Shown piece after piece: positions 26,180-32,000 of a stretch of 32,000 bases of DNA. Below the pieces are notes generated by a model, which saw only the letters and a list, made by a program, of their open reading frames with translations, was not told where the DNA came from and searched no databases. This DNA comes from an uncultured Chloroflexia bacterium (GTDB lineage Bacteria; Chloroflexota; Anaerolineae; Anaerolineales; Anaerolineaceae), in the NCBI GenBank assembly GCA_963704755.1, contig OY969938.1, forward strand, positions 3,690,001-3,722,000. Reading direction: 5' to 3'. How positions within the stretch are numbered: position 1 is the first letter of the stretch; each line of letters opens with the position of its first letter. The translations under genes and the position numbers were made by a program.

Positions 26180-27000
26180 CCCGGCTTTCCAAGCCGGGAA
26201 TGTGCTGGGTTAAAGAGCCTTCGAGGTTATAACCAGGCCTTTGGCCACGGCGGTGGCAGTTGAAACTGCACCTACAAGGACACAAAGCCCCACCTGCGTG
26301 GGGCTCCTTTGGGAGTGCAGGTCGCTGCCTAAGGCGGAACTCTGTTCGGGCGGCGTATTCTCGGCTTTGAAAGCCGAGCTACGCAACCGGGGAGCCCGGC
26401 GAAGGCCGGGCTTTGTGTATTTGTAGAAGCGACTTCAGTCGCTAACGAATGAAGACACCCTGTAGCCCGGCTTTCCAAGCCGGGAATGTGCTTGGTTAAA
26501 AGAGCCTTCGAGGTTATAACCAGGCCTTTGGCCACGGCGGTGGCAGTTGAAACTGCACCTACAAGGACACAAAGCCTCACCTGCGTGGGGCTCCTTTTTG
26601 GCTACAGGTCGCTGCCTAAGCCGGAACTCTGTTCGGGCGGCGTATTCTCGGCTTTGAAAGCCGAGCTACGCAACCGGGGAACCCGGCGAAGGCCGGGCTT
26701 TGTGTATTTGTAGCCGCGACTTCAGTCGCTAACGAATGAAGACACCCTGTAGCCCGGCTTTCCAAGCCGGGAATGTGCTGGGTTAAAAGAGCCTTCGAGG
26801 TTATAACCAGGCCTTTGGCCACGGCGGTGGCAGTTGAAACTGCACCTACGAGGACAAAAAAGCCCCACCTGCGTGGAGCTCCTTTTGGGGGTGCAGGTCG
26901 TTTCCGTAGCCGGAGACCTGTTCGGGGGGCGTATTCTCGGCTTTGAAAGCCGAGCTACGCAACCGCGGAGCCCGGCGAAGGCCGGGCTTTGTACTTCTGT
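26175..27000. repeat. Tandem array 2: ~2.9 copies of a 286/287-bp unit. It has a core homologous to array 1 but in inverted orientation, plus an extra GTAG-hairpin module.
   Basis: TGTAGCCCGGCTTTCCAAGCCGGG occurs at 26175, 26461 and 26748. The core (e.g. 26265-26420) is the reverse complement of the array 1 unit at roughly 80-85% identity by eye. Confidence 0.92.
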
Positions 27001-27137
27001 TGATGCACTTTCTATCGTTAACGAGGCAAATTAATCCCACCGATCCAATTGCACTGCATCCTTTCTCAAGGAATTTTCGTATACGAAAGTGGGATAAACA
27101 AAATTGGATGAGGGGGGTAAAAATATTGGGAGGAAAA

Positions 27138-27578
27138 ATGCAGCAGGCTATTTGGGATTTTGTACAGTGTAAAGAAATTGCCGTCGTTGGCGCTTCACGT
27201 TCCGGCAAGAAGTTCGGCAACTCCATCGCTAGCGAGTTACGCCAACGGGGCTACCAGGTTTTTTTAGTGCATCCAGAGGCTCAAGAAATCGATAGGCAAC
27301 TTTGCTACCCCAATCTGGCAGCCCTGGAGGGCAAAGTCAACGCAGTGGTCATCTGTGTACCGCCGTACAAGGCTGCCCAGGTGCTGCGTGAAGCGGTTGC
27401 GGCCGGGGTGAAGAATATCTGGCTTCAGCAAGGAGCCGACTTAAGTGAAGCCCAGAAAGTGGCCCACGAACTGGGCGTCGAACCGGTCTCCGGCAAGTGC
27501 ATTTTGATGTATGCGGGGCAGGTCAGTTCGGTGCACGCTTTCCATCGCTTCATCTGGAAGCTGGTCGGTCAGTATTAG
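27138..27578 (+). CDS. CoA-binding domain protein (YccU/YneT-like)
   Basis: IAVVGASRSGKKFGN.. is the typical CoA_binding_2 N-terminus. GGGAGG lies before ATG 27138. The upstream part of track ORF 26943 runs through repeat array 2. Confidence 0.8.
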   Translation: MQQAIWDFVQCKEIAVVGASRSGKKFGNSIASELRQRGYQVFLVHPEAQEIDRQLCYPNLAALEGKVNAVVICVPPYKAAQVLREAVAAGVKNIWLQQGADLSEAQKVAHELGVEPVSGKCILMYAGQVSSVHAFHRFIWKLVGQY

Positions 27579-27594
27579 ACGGGGTGGAGGTAAC

Positions 27595-28179
27595 GTGGCG
27601 AAGATTTTGATCGCGTATACGACCAACTCGGGTTCGACGGCCGAAGTTGCCGATGTCATTGCAGAAACGCTGAGACAGGATCACAATACCATCGAAGTGC
27701 GTCGACTCGAGGAGGTCGGCGACCTGGAGCCCTATCAGGCGGTGCTGATTGGCGCTCCGATGATCCTGGGTTGGCACAAGGCCGCGTTGAGCTTTATCAA
27801 GAGAAACCACCAATCCCTGGCCGGCAAGAAGGTGGCCTATTTCTGCATGGCGATGAGCCTGACTCAGAGTAGTGGGGGTGAATTCGTCCCACCCTTGTGG
27901 ATCGATCCTGATTTGCCCACCCCACCCAGGCGCCCCGGTAAATTGAGCCTGAAAGAGCGTTACGCCACAGCCGCCAATTACATTGCGCCTATGCCGAAAA
28001 ACGCACCGGATGTCAAACCGTTGAGTATTGCCTTTTTCGGCGGTAAACTGGAGCTGTTTCGCCTGAAATGGTGGCAGATGCTGTTCGTTATGATCGTGAT
28101 CGGGGCTCAACCGGGCGATCGGCGGAACTGGCCGGCAATCCGCGAATGGGCGGGTAATCTTGGGGCGCTGCTCTTGTAA
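27595..28179 (+). CDS. Flavodoxin-like domain protein
   Basis: KILIAYTTNSGSTAEVA.. is an FMN-binding loop pattern. GTG 27595 lies behind GGTGGAGG. Confidence 0.7.
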   Translation: MAKILIAYTTNSGSTAEVADVIAETLRQDHNTIEVRRLEEVGDLEPYQAVLIGAPMILGWHKAALSFIKRNHQSLAGKKVAYFCMAMSLTQSSGGEFVPPLWIDPDLPTPPRRPGKLSLKERYATAANYIAPMPKNAPDVKPLSIAFFGGKLELFRLKWWQMLFVMIVIGAQPGDRRNWPAIREWAGNLGALLL

Positions 28180-28210
28180 TCATTCCGTCGATTCTGTATA
28201 GTAAGATTAA

Positions 28211-28246
28211 ACCCGGGAACATAAGCGCAGGTTATCCGGGTGTTTT
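28211..28246 (+). terminator. Intrinsic terminator candidate ACCCGGGAAC..GTTATCCGGGT-GTTTT
   Basis: Imperfect GC stem followed by a T run, 30 nt after the flavodoxin-like gene. Confidence 0.5.
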
Positions 28247-28327
28247 AATTCTATAAGCCTCTCGTGTTTCCAAACCCCGGCGAATATCCGGCCGGGTATT
28301 TCTATTTGACTTCCAGGGAGGATTGCC

Positions 28328-28921
28328 ATGCAAGTAACCTTCGACCTGCCGCAGGAAAAAGTCGACATCCTGGTGCACGCCTTTTCCCCTTCACGTTTTG
28401 AAAATCAGCAAGAGCTGCTGGATGAGCTGCTGCCCATGATGGCCGACGCCTGGATCGACTGGGTCAGCGGGGCCAGGCGCTACCGTTCGCAGACCGAGCA
28501 GTACGTCGATTGGGTCGAACAGTTGTACAACCAGGTTCTGCCACTGGATGAGCCGCCTTCAGCCGACCGGCTCTTCAATTCGTTCAACATCCCATTCGGC
28601 CAGGCGCAATATATTGCCCGGGTTTTGAATAACCGCTCCCAGGTACACTGGCGCGAGTCCGCACTAACAAAGCTGAAAGAAATGCTCTCGGAAAAGAAAG
28701 TCGAGGCGGAAAACATGCTCGCACATGAGGCAGGTGATCAGACCATCGAGCTGCTGCTTTACCGCCCGTCTTTTCAGGAACTTGAATTTGCCATCGAAGA
28801 ACTGTTTCGAGCGGATTCATCCACAGTCGATATCCCCAAAATCACTTCTACCCATAACCTGTATGCGGTCCGAGTCACCGCCCGCACGCTCATTGCGGTG
28901 TGCGGATCCTTTAATTTATGA
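28328..28921 (+). CDS. Hypothetical protein (197 aa), no recognisable domain
   Basis: Long ORF with a GGGAGG RBS and coding-like composition. I recognise no motif. Confidence 0.6.
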   Translation: MQVTFDLPQEKVDILVHAFSPSRFENQQELLDELLPMMADAWIDWVSGARRYRSQTEQYVDWVEQLYNQVLPLDEPPSADRLFNSFNIPFGQAQYIARVLNNRSQVHWRESALTKLKEMLSEKKVEAENMLAHEAGDQTIELLLYRPSFQELEFAIEELFRADSSTVDIPKITSTHNLYAVRVTARTLIAVCGSFNL

Positions 28922-28949
28922 GGAACTGTTCAGCCGGATAGGAAACCCC

Positions 28950-29001
28950 CGCAGTTGAGGTATTTGCACGGGGTATTCCTTCGGCAAATGCCTCAACTGC
29001 G
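28950..29001. repeat. Long hairpin (18-nt arms with 1 mismatch, 16-nt loop), related to palindrome family A through the inner stem AGGTATTTGC
   Basis: CGCAGTTGAGGTATTTGC..GCAAATGCCTCAACTGCG. Confidence 0.65.
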
Positions 29002-29062
29002 AGCGCTTATCGCCTAAGCCAAAATCCAAATACAAATCATCTCGTGAAGGGAGGTACCTCCG

Positions 29063-29515
29063 ATGAACCTGTCCACACCCGCTGATACCCTGTCGGTCAT
29101 CGGATTTTTTCTGACCCTGGTGGGTCTATTGGGCTCGTTCTTTTACATTCACCTGGCCGATTGGCTGCGCGAGGTGCTCACCCTGGAAACCAAGTGGCAG
29201 GTCAACCAGTTTGGCGACGAGGATGACCAGAAAGCCGCCCGGCGAGCCTGCCGTTACGAGGTGGTCCAGCTTGCGAACTGGACCACCCTGGTGACCAGCC
29301 TGGCGGTGAGCGGATTTTTGCTGCTCATATTCATCCTGGGAACGATCTTGTGGGCAGCTGCAGGGGATAAATCGCTGGCCTGGGCTTTCATTGGCTGGGC
29401 CGGACTGGTGTTTATGTTGATTTACCTGGGAATGACCATTGCCATGCTTGTTCTTGGGTATCGCAAAGCGCGCCAGGTGCAGATAGAGGTGGGCGAATAT
29501 TTCAAGAAAAAATAA
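29063..29515 (+). CDS. Hypothetical integral membrane protein (150 aa, ~3 TMs)
   Basis: Three hydrophobic helices. GGGAGG RBS. Confidence 0.6.
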   Translation: MNLSTPADTLSVIGFFLTLVGLLGSFFYIHLADWLREVLTLETKWQVNQFGDEDDQKAARRACRYEVVQLANWTTLVTSLAVSGFLLLIFILGTILWAAAGDKSLAWAFIGWAGLVFMLIYLGMTIAMLVLGYRKARQVQIEVGEYFKKK

Positions 29516-29583
29516 CGGCTCAGCCGGCCGATATCCACTCGTATTCTGGAACTGCCCGAGTATTTACTAGAAAAAACGCCAGG

Positions 29584-30405
29584 TCAGTCCCTGGCTTTGT
29601 ATGTACTGGTCAACCGGCCCCATTCCTCCAGGCTGAGCGTTTCGGCCCGTCGTTGCGGGTCGATCCCGGCGGAGGCGAGTAACTCGGCGGTGGGCTGGGG
29701 CGGCAGGTGCAGACCGGCCGACAGGGCGTTCCGTAAGGTTTTGCGCTTCTGGGAGAATCCGGCCTTGATCAGGTTGAAGAACACACCCAGGTCATCGGCC
29801 GGGATACGCGGCTGGGGGTACAGGTCGATCCGCAGGCTGGCCGAATCGACGGTGGGCGGCGGGTAGAAAGCCCCGGCAGGAATGCGCAGAACCGGTGTGG
29901 GAGCCCCGTACACCTGCACAGAGAGCGCCAGCAGGCTCATCTGCCCGGGGCCGGCGCAAATCCGCTCGGCGACCTCGCGCTGCATGGTCAGCACCATGCG
30001 GGCCGGGCGCGGCGATTTGGAAAGCAGGTGGCGCAGGATGGCCGAGGTTATGTAATAGGGAATGTTGGCCACTACCAGGTAGCCCTCTTCACCGATCAGG
30101 CCAGCCGGGTCCAGTTCGAGGATGTCACCTTGCACCAGGGTCACATTGTCGCAGCCGGCCAGCACCGATCGCAGCAGGGGCATCAGGTTGGCGTCAATCT
30201 CGACCGCCACCACCCGCCGGGCGGCGCGGGCTAGCTCCAGGGTCAGGCCGCCGGCGCCTGGGCCGATTTCCAGGACGGCCGCGGAAGGCTCGACCTCGGC
30301 CGCTTCGACCAGTTTGCGCAGAAACACCGGCTCGACCAGGAAGTTCTGGCCCAGGCCCTTGTGCGGGGTCAGGCCGTGTTGGCGCAGCAAGGCGGGCACG
30401 TTCAA
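29584..30405 (-). CDS. rsmA: 16S rRNA (adenine1518/1519-N6)-dimethyltransferase RsmA/KsgA
   Basis: GQNFL, VLEIGPGAGGLT and VANIPYYITS motifs. Confidence 0.92.
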   Translation of the reverse strand: MNVPALLRQHGLTPHKGLGQNFLVEPVFLRKLVEAAEVEPSAAVLEIGPGAGGLTLELARAARRVVAVEIDANLMPLLRSVLAGCDNVTLVQGDILELDPAGLIGEEGYLVVANIPYYITSAILRHLLSKSPRPARMVLTMQREVAERICAGPGQMSLLALSVQVYGAPTPVLRIPAGAFYPPPTVDSASLRIDLYPQPRIPADDLGVFFNLIKAGFSQKRKTLRNALSAGLHLPPQPTAELLASAGIDPQRRAETLSLEEWGRLTSTYKARD

Positions 30406-30417
30406 AGAATCAGGAGT

Positions 30418-31809
30418 TCACGGCAAAATCCAGGGGATGCTCTTGGGAATGGGGGTGAGGAAGTACATGGTCACCGTCTGGCTCCAGGCGACGTAATCGC
30501 TGTCGCTGTAGCCCAGGTCGATCCAGTATTTACCTGGGATGCCGCCGCCGATGTCGGCCACCACGGCGATGCCGTAGCCGGGAATATAGACGCGCTGGCC
30601 GACCATCCAGGAATACCAGGCGCTCGAGACGGCGATGACGCCGTGCTGCACCGGCAAGCCGCTGGCGGTACCCGAATAGCATTTCGATCCGCCCGACTGG
30701 CAGGGTGAGTAAGAGGTGGCATACACGTTGACGGCGCGCCAGTAATCCATCTGGCCGTCGGGTGTATCCACCTTGGCAGTGACCACCTTGGTGCCGTAAC
30801 CGACCACCTGGTCCACCGGGTCTTTGGCCACCCATTGGGCCTCGGACGTACGGGAGACTTCCTGTCCGTCTTCGTAGCGCACCCGCACGCGCGAAACCTG
30901 CAGGCCATATTCGCCCGCGGTAACGATCGAGCGCTTATCCAGTTCGGTGTTGGCATCCGGCTGGTAGCTGCTTTCGTAGGGAAGGGCTTTTTGCTCCAAC
31001 TCGACTTGCTCGCTCACCCGCACGACCTTGATGTTGCCGTCTGCCGGCAGGGGGGCATCCTCGGCCGGCTGGCTGTAATCCAGGCCCTGCAGCGAAATGC
31101 CCGCTTCCGCCAGGGCAGGGCCGACCGTATCGGCGGAGGTGGCGGTATGGAGCGTCTGCCCGTCCACTTGAATGGCCAGGCTGCGCACGGGTTGGATGGT
31201 CACTTCGACCGGCCCGTTGAGGGGTGACGCCACTGAGGGCGAGACCCGGTCACCGGATTGGAGCTGCAAGCCGGCCTCCCACAAGGCGTCTCCGACCGTC
31301 GCGGCGCTGGAGTAGCGCTCGATGGTCTGGTCGCCGCTATGAATGGTCACCGGTACGGCCTGGCGGAGCTGCAGGAATGCGCCTGAGACATCCTCCAGGG
31401 CTTTCCCTGGGTCGATGGGCTGGCCGTTGAGGGTGAGTTGATCGCCCGGGTAGAGGGCAATGCCGGCCTGGGCCAACCAGTTGGCCGGGATGCGTTCGGC
31501 CGTGACCAGGTTGATCGTTTTCCCGGAAGGCTCGACCTGGATGCGCACGGTTTGGGCCCGCTCCAGGCGGATCAGCGGGGTGGAGAAAATGAATGCACCG
31601 CTGGCCGGCGTCAGCCGGTCGTCGGGATGCAGGACAATGCCGGCCTGGTTCAGCAGGCTGCCCACGGTCAGCGCGCGGGTTTCCAGGGTTTGCAGAGCCC
31701 CGTCCTGGTCGAGGGTTACTTTTTGTTCCAGCCCCAGATAAACCATTAAGCCGCCCAACAGGATCAACACCACTGGGGCGAGATTTAGCAAGAGTTTTTT
31801 AGGGTTCAC
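30418..31809 (-). CDS. YabE/RpfB-like cell-wall protein: N-terminal TM, DUF348-type repeats, G5 domain, C-terminal 3D domain
   Basis: Repeated ~45-aa GD.L..G modules. G5-like segment (VVRVSEQVELEQKALPYES..). 3D-like C-terminus (GVIAVS..YIPGYGIAVVADIGG..IDL). GTG start. Confidence 0.8.
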   Translation of the reverse strand: MNPKKLLLNLAPVVLILLGGLMVYLGLEQKVTLDQDGALQTLETRALTVGSLLNQAGIVLHPDDRLTPASGAFIFSTPLIRLERAQTVRIQVEPSGKTINLVTAERIPANWLAQAGIALYPGDQLTLNGQPIDPGKALEDVSGAFLQLRQAVPVTIHSGDQTIERYSSAATVGDALWEAGLQLQSGDRVSPSVASPLNGPVEVTIQPVRSLAIQVDGQTLHTATSADTVGPALAEAGISLQGLDYSQPAEDAPLPADGNIKVVRVSEQVELEQKALPYESSYQPDANTELDKRSIVTAGEYGLQVSRVRVRYEDGQEVSRTSEAQWVAKDPVDQVVGYGTKVVTAKVDTPDGQMDYWRAVNVYATSYSPCQSGGSKCYSGTASGLPVQHGVIAVSSAWYSWMVGQRVYIPGYGIAVVADIGGGIPGKYWIDLGYSDSDYVAWSQTVTMYFLTPIPKSIPWILP

Positions 31810-31857
31810 ATGCCGATTGTATCAGATAAAGTAACTGCTCAGGCCAGTTCAAAGGGA

Positions 31858-31906
31858 AGGGTGCTGTTGGGTTTCGCACGAAGCACGCGAAACCCAACAG
31901 CACCCT
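31858..31906. repeat. Long palindromic hairpin AGGGTGCTGTTGGGTTTCGC..GCGAAACCCAACAGCACCCT (palindrome family B)
   Basis: About 20-nt complementary arms with a CGAAG-containing centre. It shares the AGGGTGyTG / CArCACCCT ends with 20416-20472. Confidence 0.65.
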
Positions 31907-32000
31907 GTCTTTCCAGGAAAGCTGAATAGTGACCAGATTAAAACATTGACACCCCAACAAATGGGGTGCCGGTTTGGAAGTTATGTGTGCCGAGAGCCAG

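Noticed and set aside
27075-27088. 14-bp perfect palindrome TTTCGTATACGAAA upstream of the CoA-binding gene as an operator
   Set aside because: It is short and AT-rich, occurs only once in the window, and no regulator is adjacent. It is noted but not supportable.

Overview
This is a 32-kb bacterial chromosomal window. Gene content (cdaA-cdaR, der, coaE, rsmA, a YabE-like G5/3D protein) and GC of roughly 55-60% in the right two thirds suggest a monoderm or Chloroflexi (Anaerolineae)-like lineage; that is inference and cannot be verified here.

The left third (1-11.3 kb) is visibly more AT-rich and looks accessory. It holds a frameshifted DUF234-type ATPase, an OmpR-type response regulator plus intramembrane-type histidine kinase plus ABC ATPase plus a very large FtsX permease (Bce-like detoxification module), a LuxR-HTH fragment, a divergent TetR / CocE-NonD hydrolase pair with a clear double operator, and about 0.9 kb of decayed non-coding DNA. 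This region ends at the 3' end of an initiator-type tRNA-Met.

The remainder is mostly housekeeping: an MCP, der, cdaR, cdaA, a coaE fusion, tRNA-Cys, TfoX-like, channel-like, VOC and O-methyltransferase genes, then CoA-binding, flavodoxin-like, two hypotheticals, rsmA and the G5/3D protein.

The unusual part is 22.1-27.0 kb. Two arrays of hairpin-dense tandem repeats, about 0.83 kb each, sit in inverted orientation: a 213-bp unit at 22135-22980 and a 286/287-bp unit at 26175-27000. They share a core of about 155-170 bp. They bracket a 3.2-kb cassette carrying a small membrane ORF, a perfect 26-bp-stem palindrome, tRNA-Gly followed by eight 85/86-bp tandem units (each a terminator hairpin; seven also carry a copy of the tRNA-Gly 3' end), a Roadblock/LC7 gene, a V4R gene and a GT2 polyprenol-phosphate mannosyltransferase.

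Many array hairpins are flanked by GTAG in alternating orientation, which is REP/BIME-like, and at least one stem shows a compensatory change between the arrays. Several long intergenic palindromes with GAA-type loops form at least two dispersed families.

No integrase, transposase, RAYT, CRISPR array or rRNA is visible in the window.
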